Of a stretch of 64,000 bases of DNA, positions 38,972 through 54,020 are shown one piece after another. The stretch is taken from the NCBI GenBank assembly GCA_051362555.1, contig CM120641.1:8866001-8930000 (forward strand). Direction: 5' to 3'. The position numbers and the translations under genes were made by a program. Each line of letters opens with the position of its first letter. The stretch's first letter is position 1. The notes below the pieces were generated by a model. It saw only the letters and a program-made list of their open reading frames with translations. It ran no database searches and was not told where the DNA came from. Source of the stretch: Lingula anatina (Eukaryota; Animalia; Brachiopoda).

Positions 38972-39538
38972 CTGAGAGCCGTCACGGTAGACCTTCGTTG
39001 TTTTCTAAAGTTTTAACTGATCGCGTACAAGAAAACAAAAAACTCGGGCTATCTATCGCACTGAACAGTGAGTCAACTATAGACTATGGGTATTCTTAAA
39101 TCAGAGGGGTGGAAAAGTTATGCTTCACTGAACTATTTTATACTACAACATGCCAACATATATGCACTCAAAACTGTTTTCAATCAGGATACACTTTTAA
39201 GAAAACGTCACTTTTTAAAGACATATAATAATATTTGGAGACCAAATTTAATACAAGTTATATTTATTACATCCTGTTTTACCTATTGAAGTAGACTCTT
39301 CGTATGGCACATTCATGTGAAACCGAGACCCGTCTCAACTAATGCAATCCAATTTTGACGGGAGGTCAACTTTTTCTTGTTTTTTTTGGGGGGGGGGGGG
39401 TGTCAGTGTTGAATGCTCGATTTTTGTAGCTATTTCATATCCATTTTAATACGCTGGTGCATCCATGAATATCAAAAGAGTAAATGTGATATTTACACGG
39501 CACGAAAGGGAGACAGAGCAATAAAACACAATGTTGTG

Positions 39539-39764
39539 CAGTGGCGGATTTAGAGGGGGGGATCAGGGGGTCCTGACCCCCCTTCGGTTTCTGAAAAATA
39601 TATCACACCAATATTCCCCTCTTGAAATTAGAATTTTAGCTAGCTGAGTCATAGTTCTAAACAATACCAAAACCACCGTTTGCCCTCCAAAACACCAAAA
39701 AAATTTTGGGGACCTTTGAGCATGGTCGGCTTCGTATCCGAGGCTTGGCGTTCTGGACCCCCCC

Positions 39765-39795
<31 letters not shown>

Positions 39796-39828
39796 ACACA
39801 CACTTCAAATAATCCTCGATCCTCCCTT
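39539..39828. mobile_element. Degenerate MITE with CAGTGGCGGATTTAG terminus
   Basis: The right end TCCTCGATCCTCCCTTG is an imperfect inverted match. TTGTG flanks both sides. Confidence 0.5.
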
Positions 39829-39989
39829 GTTGTGAATTGTAATATGGGGAAATCGTCTCGGGTTTGGGGAAATTTTTCCAAAAGGAAAACAAGAAACCTG
39901 AGCTGTATGCCGATATTCAGATAAATAAAATGGGCAATATATTCTCGTCTTCTTGACAATTTAAAGGGTATGCCAATTATCGGGTTTTT

Positions 39990-41530
39990 TCCTTAACTGG
40001 ATTTGGGCAACGTCAAATTTGGCTTCATGTTGGGAACTAAATCACTCAAATTCAACCACAACTGACAATAAAATCTACAATCACCAAAATCTAGAGAATG
40101 AAAAAGCCTACAAAATAAAATCAGAGTTTTGGGAGGAGTTCTGCAAAGAGGAAAAATTAAAAAGCACTATGAGCCTAAACCATACTTAAAAATTAATATC
40201 CCACTACCCACAAAAAAGCTTTTGGCAAAAATGCGAATCACAGGCCTTCCCAACTACCAGACTCGGCACCTACGGGTCCAGTATAAACCGGTTTATCAGA
40301 CCACACTACCCGTTTTCAAGGTGTGTGTCAGATCGCATTACAGAGTATCAGCCACCACACCGATTTTGCCTGGTGCGCGATGTGATAGCAATGATCCTAA
40401 GCGGGGTTGGAAAGTAGTGCATCTCATCTAGATTCATGCGCTGCTGCAATTTTCTCTGTTTATGCTCAAATCTGACAGTACCGCAATTTTTAACATAAAA
40501 TTTAGGTTCGGACATAGCCATTGATGTTTTGTAAATAAGAACTTGCAAACTTATATATTAATTTAGAAAAGTATACCTAATTTTGATAGCAGAAGCATAT
40601 TCTGTCGGGGGTTAAATATTTTTGTGACTACCGGGATGGACGAGATTGAGGGCAGGGGTAATCCTAGAGAGGGGTGAGAAACGTCCATTGTTCTCGTCAG
40701 CGAGGCTGTCCTTTTTCAGGGTTTGTACGCACGGACAGAAAACTTAAGTATTGTGGGAACGTTACTAATGAAGCCACTGGTAGTACTAGTAGATATCAGC
40801 CTGTAGTCTTGAACAAGCGCCTCGATGACGAGTGAACAGTTGTCAAAAACAAAAGACCCAGGTGTGGTAGTTCAACTACTGTTGATGCGTGCCGCAACGA
40901 CCAAACCTAATTGCTCCTCAAGGTCACAAAACAATAACCGGTACTGACGGCTAGGCTCGTCTTAATCATATAAGTAGCCCGTTTCCACCCCCTGATTGAG
41001 GGAGTCGTCTGTTGTATTCATGTGACTCCTACTTGACAAAAACGAGGCGCGATACCCGGATGACAGGTAGGCTTACAGAATTTGTGATAGGGTATGATAC
41101 TCTTTTATGCGATCTGACACACACCTTGAAAACGGGTAGTGTGGTCAGATATACCGGTTTATTCTGGACCCGTAGGTGCCGAGTCTGGTAGTTGGGAAGG
41201 CCTGAATCAGTAATTACGACCTAGAGATTGAAAGAGGGCGATACACAAATCCCAAGACAAATGTCAGATCGAAAATGTCCCCACTGTTACCGGGTGGAAG
41301 ATGAGATACATTTTTTCTTGAATGTAACAATCATGATCGAAGTTGAAAGAAAATTACTCTTTGAGTCTATACCAGATGTAAACTTGCAGACACCTTGAGA
41401 CCATCCTAAATCCACCCTCTGCCCAGGGTACGACTGCCGTGGCGAAATTTATAAGTAGGCCTAATGTAATGATAAAACGCAAATAATAGGAAACAAATAG
41501 ACAAAGGATCTCACTCATTTTACTCGTATC
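39990..41530 (+). mobile_element. 3' fragment of a non-LTR retrotransposon ORF2, interrupted by the DNA element
   Basis: Removing 40241-41184 and one TSD restores YLKINIPLPTKKLLAKMRISNYDLEIERGRY...FFLEC, the typical C-terminal KLRISxHxLxIExGRY...EHFLLxC motif of LINE ORF2. Confidence 0.75.
40241..41184. mobile_element. 944-bp non-autonomous DNA transposon with long TIRs and 5-bp TSD, inserted in a LINE relic
   Basis: CAGGCCTTCCCAACTACCAGACTCGGCACC ... GGTGCCGAGTCTGGTAGTTGGGAAGGCCTG, with TSD AATCA on both sides. Confidence 0.88.
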
Positions 41531-41603
41531 TCTTTATAATGTAGGCCTATACTGTATAACACTATTTTTAACATTTCATTACTATTATCACACACACACA
41601 CAT

Positions 41604-41647
<44 letters not shown>

Positions 41648-44600
41648 GCCTATACAAGATATATATATATATATATATATAATAGTCAGAGAGCCTTTAA
41701 ATGTAAAATTATTTCTGTGCTCAGTAAAATTATTATTATTATTATTTACTCAAGAATTCCAGCGAATTATTTTTCTACAAACCGAAGACTGCAGACCCAT
41801 CTGAGAGATTGTTTCCTCTTTGTGGAAATATGACATGCACGAAGACATACATCTAATGCTTTCAACAGAACCAGTGTGGAAGGTATGAAAATGTGGTCCC
41901 AGAATAACCTGACAAATAGCTATACGAACTTTTGACCGACAGCAAAAAATTGTAGACAAGCGTCTAAAATTGATTCTCTCGGTTATGTACACTCTGAGGC
42001 GTGCTAAGGGGTGTTTTTTGAGTTAGGAGGCTCGTGTGGCACGTGCTTGTGTGTTTTTGTCACGTGCTAATCGAGTTATTAAATTGGCCTCTCCGGTGGC
42101 GAAAAAATAGATATTACACAAGAACAAAACCTGCAGTAGGCTCTAAGCTGCCCTAGCGGCCTTTTCTACGATTTTTAAAGGTAGGTAACTCTTTCATCTA
42201 GAAGTGATGTGAGTGTCTTATGTAAATTTTTATTTGTTCTTAGAGTTAATAAAAATAAATTTGTTAGATTTCATTTGGACTAGTTATGCCTAAAGAATGT
42301 AAATTGCAAGAGTGTGTGACGGAGAAAATAAATACAAGAGGTTAATTGACAGGTGCACCGCTATAAAACGTCAGGGACCTTGACGTCAAATGTTAGATCT
42401 TATGCATTATTTAAACAAGCGTGTCTTCGTTCGTACTTTAGTACGTTTTAAACTGTTGTATCAGTGATGGGAAGGAGTCCCTGAGGAGTAGGTCTATTTT
42501 ATGTCATTCTGTGAATCACAACGACCCTTTTCCAGTTTTCTCCATAGCAGTAAACTATACACCCCAGTGTTTATGCCAGTTATTAAAAAGTGATTTGGTG
42601 ACTGTGGACTAGGATCTTTTTAAGAAATGCACGATATGTACCTTACCTGTTTTGATAATCAGTAATCCAATCTGTCAGTTATTACATCGCCTCGGTTATG
42701 CTTGTCAATAAGCATATATTTCTTGTATGAATCAGATAAGTACTACACCTCTTAAGCTTTAGATGTGGCGGTTGGCGGTAAAATCAGGGTGGTCTTCGAA
42801 AGAATATCCTTTAATTGTTTCCTATTTACCTGACCCACCTTTACTGTAAACACACGAGTGCACATTGGATTTCCCTATAAAGCATACGGTATCCACACAT
42901 GAAACGTTATTAATTTTGAAAGATAAAGCAATGGATGTAATGGTCAGTAAGATCCCATAATCGCCTAAGAAAATGAAGGAAGTGTAACAGAAAAAAATGA
43001 TTGACGAGTTTCCTTTCCAATTATAAAAATTTGTTTCTTTTATTTTGATAACGTTTTTTTTAAATGGACACAAAATAGTTTTATTGTGCACTTTTGTTCA
43101 TTTTGGCACTGTTCAAAAGATTATCGCAGATTGTACATGCCAGTGGTATACCAGTCTTGCTCTGTTGTCATTCTAAAGCGATTGTGCGCAAATACATGAA
43201 CCCCATTCTGGTGACTTTAAACAAAAAGACATTGCTATTAAAATCTTTTCCCCAAAACAAACGTGAAGTTTCATTAAATGAGTTTCTACCTCAGACGAAA
43301 AACTTGTGTTAAACATTTTTCATTTCGAAACGGGCGGAACTTTCTTCTGCAAAATGCTCAAAGGCAGTCTCAAATTACTATGTAAAAACTTTCTGGCACT
43401 ATTTTCAACACAGAATCCTGTCACTGCCTTAATACCCTACAAGCTTATTTTGTCTTATGTTGTGAATCTACAAGTACTATGGGCGTGTTAACTCGAAAAG
43501 AGCCATAGGTAAAATGTGAGCACTTCAGCACTGGGCCTCCACATGTAAGTGTAATAGCCTGTTTGTTTTAAAAAACTTAACACATTACGCAGAGTCAAGT
43601 CATGTGCGTGAATCAGACGGTTTTTCTTTAACTGAATGCTGACGCTAGTCGTGTAAGAGAGCAGGTTTCGTTGCTCCTGTTATTCAGTGTTAAACAACTC
43701 TTTCACCTGTGCTGCCACTCTACCCTTTGTCAGTGATGGTTTTTTTAAAACTAACTCAGTGTTCCGAACGTTGACAGGAGTGAACATGGACTAACCATCT
43801 ACTGAAAACTTCACCAGAAGGGTTGTTTCGGTCCATTAAGTTCACATGGAACTTTAATCCAATCAGTTAAAAAGAAAAAGGGAAAGAACGCTTCTAGGTT
43901 CAAATTTGCTGAAAGGCGGAGGCTTTTTAGAGGGAAAGCAAAGAAAAAAAGTAAACCGAAGCCTAATTACATAAAGGCAACATGGTAAAACAACAATTGT
44001 AATTTTAACACGAGTCAAATCGTTTATTCGTCGCCTAAAGTCTACAGACAAAGAAAGGTCTTTAATTCGGTCCATACTTTTTTCAATTACTTTCTCTTTT
44101 CATTGTCTTGTTTGAAATTTTTCATGAAGTCTTTAATACGACGACCATAATTTCATAGAATAGCGACTAGACAGGTCATTTAAATTTTGAAAGAAAAAGC
44201 AGTCAAAGTTTTTGACCTAAAAGGGAGTGACATAACATCACAAGAGTAACAAAATGTGTGTGTATGAGAGAGAGAGAGAGAAACTTAATAATCTACCTAC
44301 CATTTGCAAATAAATAAGGGTTACTCACAACACGTTTTTGTGTTTTATGTTTTGAATGGTTTGAACTAATTATTCTCACTTTTTATGTAGGAACACAGTA
44401 CCTGATGAACCAGGAAAAGCGATTTTTTAACCCAAGGGAAGTAGAATGCCCTTGAGAAGGCATATCTTCTAATGTTTTAAGTTAAATCAGCGTGATACCC
44501 TGGTTTTGTTTTCATGAAAAGACTATCATTGCGATACGCCTTTTTTTTTTTTAGGTCCAAGGTCTTATGAACACTCTATTTCACTAGTTAATTTCTGTGG

Positions 44601-46079
44601 TAAACTGGCCCATTCTGTACAAAATTTATCACAGAAGAAATATTTTCACTAATTATCAGGACTATGTCCACTGAAAAGGTCATTTACCATTTTGGCATTT
44701 CGGTACCTGAAGATCAAAATGAACATGGAACCGTTGTCTGGCATTCCCCAATGAACTTAAAACACGGAAAAGCCCCAGATTAACTCATTTGATAACCCAA
44801 GCGTATTATAGTCAAGGTGCCTAACTGCATAACACATTTTGAAACAAATTTTGGAACGGCGCAAGGAGTGAGGAGTGGTTGCTCAAGCTTTAAGTAATGG
44901 ATTGATGGGAGAGTGAATGGGCGGATGGGTGGATAGATAGATAAGTAGATAGTTGAACTGAATGACAGACACATGCTTGTAAATAAGCTGACAGAGATGG
45001 GGTGTTTAACCAAGGAATTACATATCTATTTCTTTGGTTTAACGTACCGAATATATATTTGCAATAATTTAAAAACTCTGTGATTAGCTTTGAAACCTAT
45101 TTTACGAGGAGAAAAAATATATAGATAGATTGGATAAATGAATGAATGAATCAATGGATGGATATTTAAGGGTATATGGACGGAAAGTCTGTAAACAGAC
45201 TGAGAAAAGATACACCAAAACACAATGGCGCTAATTCATATAAAATTATAATAAGAACTGCAAGATTAAGAAAGGTGAATTTTTCTGCTTAATAACTCAG
45301 CTATGCCCTCCTTTGTTTCTAGATGTCAAAAATTGAATGTCAACAACAAATTTTGCATGACTGCTCACAGTTTTTTGTGCTTACCGTATCCATGTAAAAT
45401 ACCCTTTTCATTTACATTTCCTTGGTTATTCAAGGAATGACAAAATGCCGATTTCTTGTTGCTTTAAAGATTTCTTTAAATCTAAATCCAAGATTTTTGG
45501 AAAGAATTCGATGACGTCAATTCCAGCGACGGTGTTTATGTTACCGATCAAGTCCATCTAACAGATTGCTCCTTGTTTAAGATTGTCAGTTGGCGTCAGT
45601 GCAAGCTGTGACACGGTGCCATCTGCTGCCTTCTTAGAATACATTATGTTCAGACTCGTTGAACCCTTCAAGGAAATAATCTGAATAACCACATGTTTCC
45701 GAGTAACTCATGAAAACATTATCTAACCTGATCGGTACAGCATATTTTTTTCATTAGATATGTTATTCGGGGTTACTAGTGCAACTCGTTGCATTCCAGG
45801 TTTAAACAGTGACAGGGTTTATTAAGGTTCCTCCGAACACGTACGATGACACGGGAGTTGCACTGCATGGCGTACATGTTGTACCCTTATATCTACCAAT
45901 TTAGTAGTGATAAAGTAATAAGAACGACGTAAAAGCGTTCAGTTAAGAGCTGAAAAATTCATATGTATGCGAATGTGCGCGCGGACGTACATTTCATCAT
46001 GACAAATATAAAGCAAACGACGTGTAAATGCACACCTTTCCATCGCATCTGGCTAGTGCGTGCTTTTTTTTCCATATCC

Positions 46080-46313
46080 ATGTCAAAAACGGGTACGTAT
46101 CCACACGCACTTCCGGACAAGCGGACGAGTGCGTACACTTGTACGCAGCGTGTCAAGATGTGTCGTGTTACCGACATATGAACAGCTTACTAACTTGTTT
46201 ACGCGATCAACGGCTTGCATAGGCATTACTTTGAAACGTGCGGCATCCAAAGAACGTAAAATTATCTGCATGTTTCTACCATAAAGTTATGCATACCAGT
46301 AGTTTGGAGAGAG
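46080..46313 (+). promoter_or_regulatory. Candidate promoter/first non-coding exon of the GPCR
   Basis: CpG-rich patch at 45960-46250, ETS core CACTTCCGG at 46108-46116, donor GAG|GTAAGA after 46313. Confidence 0.3.
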
Positions 46314-49300
46314 GTAAGAAGTGATGCAAAAACGAATATACAGTATAATACGACGACAGATTACCACAAGATGTTGCTTAACATGTCGTACATGTCTATC
46401 AGCGAAGCCCAAAAATGATCCCAATAAGAGGGTTTTAATATTTTGTATTGACAGGTAGGATTTAGTTTCAGGTGGGTTTTTTCTGCCTTTGTGTGTTTAT
46501 ACAGAGTTTCATTATTCAATATTTCTAAAGTTATGGGAACTTAAAGCAGATTGTTGCTTATAGGATTTTTTTGGGAAAAGCCGTTTGTAACGCATTACAA
46601 TTATTTTCAGTGATGAAAAAATCGGGCCTGCATGGGGAAATAAGAATGAACCATGTCTTTCATTACACACGATGGACCTATAGTGAATCTTGGAAAGACC
46701 AAAACAAATAGTTCTGGTAAGTATTCACGAATCAGACTCTCTCTCTCTCTCTTTCGTAACGCTGAGAATCCAGCCGCTGGGTCAGGCAAAATGCATTAAC
46801 TGAAGAGTAAAAAACGTCATTTCGTTATGCGATATAGGTACTTACTTAGCGGACATATGTTAGGCGTGTTTGACGTTTAGTGGGCTTTTTGAAAAGGCCA
46901 AAACAACCAGATGTTTAATATGTTTTGGAAATTATTCAAGAGTCGTTCTTTCTCTCTTTCACACACACACACACACACACGCACACGCTCGCGCGCGCGA
47001 GGATGTAACTACATGTATATTATATATATTGGCAGCAGCCCGTTCACGCATCCAATTAAACAGGCCATACTTTCGAAAAAAAAGGCAAAAGAAAATGCAG
47101 AAAGGTGAGAAGATCAGCAGGCAACATTCGAATGGTCAAAGAAAATGAGATTTTCCCACCTGCGCTGACATAAAGGTCCCGAAATAGCGGGATATGAATC
47201 AAAGCTTGGCATGACCGTGTGTTGGTCTAAAAGAATCTTATTTCATTTGATAGGGAACAGTGATTTACATTTTGACCCATTAAAGAGTATGATCTTTTTC
47301 TTTGCCCGGTACTGGCAGGGGTAATTGCCCAGGCCGTAATCGTGTTTCTCAGCTAAATAAGATTATATATTGGGCGAACAGTGAATTGGGTCCAGCTGTA
47401 ATGAGTAAGTATAGCATGGCATTGGTTTGTTTACTTGTTATTTTTTGTACCATCATGTTATGTTGGATTAAATGAAAGAATGCATGTAAATAATTTTTCA
47501 AACACGGAGGCTTTCCTACAAAAGAACCATGTATCAAAATTGCTGTATAGTGAACAATTGCTTCAAACCGATACGGCATTATAGCATGTAATAACTCAGA
47601 ATTGAAATGTTTATATGGCTTGGGGTACCAGTTCCCACATAAACATAAGCAAACGTTTACATTCGTCAGAATGCCAGTAACAACCATTAGGAATTTCTGA
47701 TGTCTTAACAATGGATAGCCTCACATTAGTTCAAGGTTCTAAATTACGGCGCCAAGTGGCTTACATTCTCCTGACACGGTTGTGAGATACCTGAGACTAC
47801 TTAGCCTGATAACCCAACTCTATGTAATTGGGAGCGTAAAACATTTGTTTAGCTTTGTTTGAATGAGAAGGATATTGGATCCAGAAATTTGGTGCGAGTT
47901 TTTACTGGCCACAAAAAGAGAAAACTCGCTCTTTCTCACCCGGAGAGAAATACTGTGTAACCTTTGTCTGATACAATTTACACGCATCCGTTTTGAAGCA
48001 GTTTTTTCAGACATTCGAGTACAAAATGTAAGCATAATTAAATTGAAAAGGGGCATGCCAATCGCTAATGTCAATTGTAAAGGCTAAGCACTGAACACAA
48101 TCACATTATTGTAACTAGCAAAGCAAATAAGCTTTCTTGTACTGAGATAACAACTGTTTTTAGAGAGGAGTACCGCAATGCATTATTTCTTTTAGCGAGC
48201 TCAACTCCCCGTGGAGCATTTTTTACACGGTTAATGTACCTGTCTACACTGTGGTAGAATTCCTTAAAGAACGCGGGCGCTTGTTACATGTCTACATGGT
48301 GCCCTTAATGTACTTCCCAGTCATAGCCTGTAGTTACGTGCAGTTACTCCACGTAGGGCCATTCACACTACATAACATTGCACCGTTCGTGAATCGGTCT
48401 AAAATGTTTACAAAGTTAGGGTTGCTCATCGTTTTGTGTTTTGTAACACTTTAAATCCACGGTATTGTATGACCAAAAGACTGAAAAATGTGAGATTGGA
48501 AAAAAAAAAACAGAGCAAGAACAATCAAACTGTAATCACATTCTAAGATCATTCAATCGGTTCTCTCAGGAAACAATGGAGTGAATACTGTTATAGTTCA
48601 GTGATAGTTTGGTCAATTATTTTCTGTAAAAGAACCAATTGGCGCCCAGAAAGTGGCGTAAGTGGCTAAGTATTACACGAGCCAATAAACCGCAAGTACC
48701 GGCCTCATCCGGTTCTTTTTTTTTTTTTTAATCTTTTTGGATCAACTGAGATCCCCAAAATTGCATGCATGTTAACTTCACGGAGCGGATGATAAGACAG
48801 AAACAAATATTTTCTATACGCGTAACAGGTATGCAAACCTATCATTCACTACATCTGACATATTGGACTTGTTCATGAATGAAAGGTAAACCGTTATGTC
48901 AATTTCAATATGGGGATATAGCATGTGATCTCCTTTAAATTGTCATTAAAAGAGATTGAGTGGGACATTCATCATTATCTTGAAAAGCCCTCACCTGACC
49001 ACTCCCTTATCTCCGCCAGCACCTGTGCTCGTCTCCTGCCTATGATAAACGAGAACGCTAGCTGTTTTTGCTACTTACTCCACTGGCACTAGAAAGGTGA
49101 TTCGAGGTAATTTTGCTGAAACGTATTTTGCAACGCTTTTAACCTCTGATTCCTTTTTCATTTTGGATAACTGTGTTGAAATGTTGTTTAATAGCTTTTA
49201 ACTCGAGCTGTCAATGCTTCTTCTGTACATTCCAGGAGAAATACGATTCTTTCCAATTTCGCTAAAAAGTAATTAGCGATTTTTTTCGTTTATGTACTTT

Positions 49301-51678
49301 TTGCTTTCTCCTTTGTTCATTTAGGTAATTTTGTTGAAATTCGTTTCAAATGATAGCATTTTTGTCTAGTTATTGGTGGCAGTGGCAAATTAAACAGTTC
49401 TTATATTTTGCCTTGTGTGTTTGCTATATGTATTCTGCTGCGATGTTTTGCAGAAATGTTTAGGTAGATTTCTACCTGAACTCTTGCTGTTTTTCTTGTT
49501 AACTCCACTAGAAAGAGTTTTGAGTCAATTTTATCAGAATGTAATTTTTTAACCGGTGGGAAAGAGATTAGATAAAGGCAGGCCCCTTGTTGCTATTTCT
49601 TGTTATGTGTGATTTATGTTTACTTTGATTCCATCCTACTGTGCAGAAAAAAACCTGTTGGTAATTAAAGAACATTTTCTTATTTAACGCGACGCTGATC
49701 TTACATTTAATGGAGGTCGAGGATTTTGATTTGTAACTATCTAAAATAATCTTGACAGCGTTGGAATGCAGGCTGTTGATTATTTCTCGGAAACTCTATG
49801 AATGAATTATTAAAAATGCCTTTCTTCTTACACTCTTAATCTGCCTAATTTTAGTTTTCTCTTTTCTTTCTTTTTTTTTTCTTATAGTCATTGAATTAAT
49901 TTTTCTTCCTTTCTTCCTCTCTCTCTCTCTTTTTGTCCCTACAGTGTTTCTGTCTATCAATCCATCTATCTATCTTTCTATATCTATCTATCTATCTATC
50001 TGTCTGTCTTTCTGTTCTTCAGTCTGTCTGGATCACTTTTTAAAACTTCATTTCATTTCATCTTTATCTATGTATTTTCGATATTTATGTTTTCTTTTTT
50101 TTTCTATTTTGGCTATTTTTTTTCGGACCACATTCCTAGCCCATGTCATACAAGCTGCAGATTAACACGCTACACAGACCTGAAAATTTCTCTCATTTGA
50201 AGTTGATACAATCTGGTAGATTCACTTTCACCGTACATGCCCTAAAACATCCAGTTAGAGTAAACAGTATTAAGGGTATCTGTTCAAACATCTGTAAAAT
50301 TTGGCAAAAGTTCAGTTGTATTTGACCTTATCCGAGCAGCCCCCTCTTGAGTCTTTGACAAGTTGCATTAGCGACATTGTAAACCAATATATACCATACG
50401 GCGACCTTGCGAACTGTGTCAGGAACGGTTTGTTTCGCCACAAAAATGAGAGGTCTTGTTTAAACCCGCTCTTTCTCCAAGGTTCACGCTTCGTTCTCTT
50501 TAAAGCCAAGGCAAGGATGTTTCTCAGCATTTGTTCATGTTACATCAGTTGGAACAAGTGATTGGAGGTAAAGTACAAGCGGTTAGTTAGTTTGGTTTCG
50601 ACTGTGGTATAACAACAAGTCATGTAGATTGTGGAATCACGAAATCCTTTGGGCCGTTTAGAAATAGGATGATTGATTCATGAATTTATTTGTCGATTTT
50701 GCTACAGAAAGGGCTTTTAGTTATTCATTAATAGTTTTCATTGTGTAATAAGAGTTATCCTTTTACACAAAAGTAATTTTATTTTGTAAAGGAGTTTGGA
50801 TGTATACTCACGTTCCATCTCACACACATAATCAAGTAGCTCTGGTTGACAGGTAGAATACTCAAACAGGACAGATACAGTGTAACCTGTATTTCAGCAC
50901 AGTGTCGGGCACTCTACCCACCAACACGTTACCTATTGAAACAACATGCCTATGAAAATATTTTAAAGGTAAGTTTCCGATGAAAAAGCTGAGAGCCAGG
51001 ATGAGAAACGTGTTAACAGGAGTGGACATAAAACCTAAATAGCACCAGAAACTTTTTTATTCGTAGTTTTTTTTCTGTCAAGTTTGTCATAACAGGCAGG
51101 TTCTCTGTCTAAAACACTAATGTGATAAAAAGATGCAACATTTGCTGATATTTTATAGATAAATAAAGGGTCAAGATGTAATAAGTTATATTATTTATTA
51201 TTCTTCTCTCTTGATTTCAGATACAAAATTATGTTATTATGTATGAATATTGAATAATTCTTGATATTTTAAATTTCGGTAAAGCTGAAAGGCATCAAAC
51301 ATGGTATCATTGTTGCCTTCCCAACTTCATTGCAGATACCCCGTAATAATATCAAAAGACATGTTGTATCCCTTTGTTTCAACGAAATTAATACCCAGTC
51401 AAATGTGTAACCATAACTGCTGACTCGGTATATGTCAGTTGCAAAAAGAAATTGTATTAATAACGTGTTTAAAGGGCATATGTAACTTAAGAAGAATATA
51501 GTACAATGGTCCGTGTCATAGTGGCATAGTGGTTCCTGAAGATTATTGAGTAAAGGTCTTGGCCGAGCATTAATGCCGTATACGACACCTTTAATCCGCA
51601 TACTATCATCAAATAAAGCACTCATAGGAAGCCTCAAAAAACGATAAGAAATAAACGTCTGCATTTAACTGCAACCCC

Positions 51679-51717
<39 letters not shown>

Positions 51718-52924
51718 GTTAAAGGTATTCCATGCGGAATTTTTGCGGATGAATCATTTACGGCGTCATTTACCTCACACTTAGTTTTACGTTTTATACA
51801 ATCTCCAACTAAATTATTCACTTTTACACGTTAGACCAGCATATTTTCAAAATATTAACATCAGGAACTTGAGTTTTTTTTTTCTGATTGGGAAGCATAA
51901 GTAGCTTTGCGGGGTATTCACACACACACACACACACACACACAAATTAATAAATGGGAACTTTTCGCAAAGTATACCTTTAAGGTTGGAGGCAACCTGT
52001 ATTGTCCATATTTTCTTCTCAGTTGGGAATGAAAAAAAGGCAAAAACACAGTTTAGTTTTCAATAATGTGATTTGTCCAGCCATGACTGAGAGCTCCGAA
52101 AAAATAAGAAAGCTGGCAAACCACTTGCCTGTAACTTCTTTCTTAATGTCTTGTCATCAATGGTATGAACTAAACTGGTGTTAAACTCCATTTATATGTT
52201 TGCTAACACAAATATTTATATCCATTTGACGTTATATGTTTATACCTGTTGAATGTTTAAAAAAACATTACGAGTTAAGTCAGACCTAAAAAGGAATTAA
52301 ACATCCTCCGCCTATGGTTTCAATTCACCATAGATCTTTGTGAGATCTAGTTAATGCCAAATTTTAATGCCACGAAAGGTATCGAATTGCGTAAATATCT
52401 TTGTTGTAAAATAGTTTTTATCAAAACACCTTATCTATCATATTGGATCGAGCACTGTGTCTCCCTAATTTAATGTTTTGAAAAACCAGAAGCACAAAAA
52501 GAAACATTGAAGCAGTTATTGCTTCCAAATTGCCGATGGAATACAAAAAGGAATCTGTATAAAGGAAGGAAAATAATAGATCGTTTTCCTTTAGGCAAGT
52601 TTTTTCTTTAAAGTATTTACTCAAAATAGAATACACTAAGTAAAAAGATCTATTTAATGAACACAGTTTGCTAACGGCGGTTTTTCTTACATGCTCCCAT
52701 TTTGCCAAGGATTTGCTGCAATAGGCATATCTAAATAAGATTGTCGTTGTTTTTTCTGTTACAAAATTGAAAACTTCTAGACTTTACGTGTTTCTTCATA
52801 AGAACTTTTAGGGAATCATTTATTGATCATGGGTTGTAAATGATCCAAGTGCCTCTTTGCTTCTGCGTAGTCATATTGTTGTAAGTATTCACCTAGCTGT
52901 TGAGTCTAGTTTCAGAAGTTCTAA

Positions 52925-53130
52925 AACCCTCGTTACACTGGACGGCGTCCTTTCTGCGTCCCGTAGTACGGCCCCGTTTGGGAATAAAAAATAATTCTTT
53001 ACGTGCCGTCAACTTGCCGATCATTGAGCATTCATTCTGCAACCAAATCGATACTTGTGTCTCCTATCTACGATAGTTTCATGGCCGCACAAAGGATGCA
53101 GAAAGGACGCCGTCCAGTGTAAAGGGGGTT
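52925..53130. mobile_element. PIF/Harbinger-type MITE
   Basis: TIRs AACCCTCGTTACACTGGACGGCGTCCTTTCTGC and GCAGAAAGGACGCCGTCCAGTGTAAAGGGGGTT, with TAA TSD. Confidence 0.75.
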
Positions 53131-54020
53131 TAAGGTCTACACAAGTTACTTTTCCCGAGGCGTGTTTCCTATAAATGGATATCAATAACCTTACAAGTGA
53201 GATTTGAAAGGTAAACGGTGTTTTTCTGTCATGGTTATATATCAAGTTGGCAGCGACGGAAAATTTTCTGAAGCCAAATGTGCGCTTAGCACGACATATT
53301 TATAAAGATGACGAATGGCAATGTTTTTGACACACCTTTCTTATGCTGTTTCTTAGAAATGCCTGATGGCCACAGTAATCATGTCTGATTTTTACATTTC
53401 ATCAGTAAAACTTCATCAGCAACATAGGCAGGCTTCGCCATTTCATACACATTTGTTCCAGAGCAGTGCTTATAAGGATTTCCTGTGAAATATGGTTTCA
53501 TCGTTCATAAGACACGACGACATCTTATAAGTGTTGAAAATCAACGACTTGATGTTGGATTTTAAAAAAATGCGAGTGCATGGATTTAGACACCTTCCAG
53601 AACGGCTTAACCAGGTGTACTGTTAGCAAACCTTTCACGGTGTCAAAACACGTTCGATGAAATGTACAAAAAGCATGCAAACAAATAACTTATACATGTA
53701 CTTTGCTTGCTGCAGAAAACATTTCAAAGGTGCAACAATATAGGAGGAGTTGAGGTAAATTAGAATAGTCTGTCCGGCCTCAGTACACATGTTTGTATAC
53801 TTTCACATGTGATTGCTCGTAGCATTTCGTTCAAGAAATGTTTTCACAAGCATAGCTCTTGCTGAGATGCGAATAATACCACTTAGAGCGATTGTTTCTT
53901 TTTGCAGATGTCTGGACAAATTCAGTAATGACCTAAAAAGAGGGTTCACATGCTGAAGATCAAGCCACTATCCAAGGGACTTCAGCCGTAGTGACTGGAA
54001 CCAAGTTCCACGGAGTCAGA

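Noticed and set aside
42362-42388. TATAAAA plus TGACGTCA (CRE) as the GPCR promoter
   Set aside because: The CRE lies downstream of the TATA, such short motifs recur elsewhere in the window, and there is no independent support.
41750-53245. Numerous 60-130 aa ORFs between SPOCK and the GPCR
   Set aside because: No recognisable domains. Many span microsatellites or start at non-ATG codons, as expected by chance.
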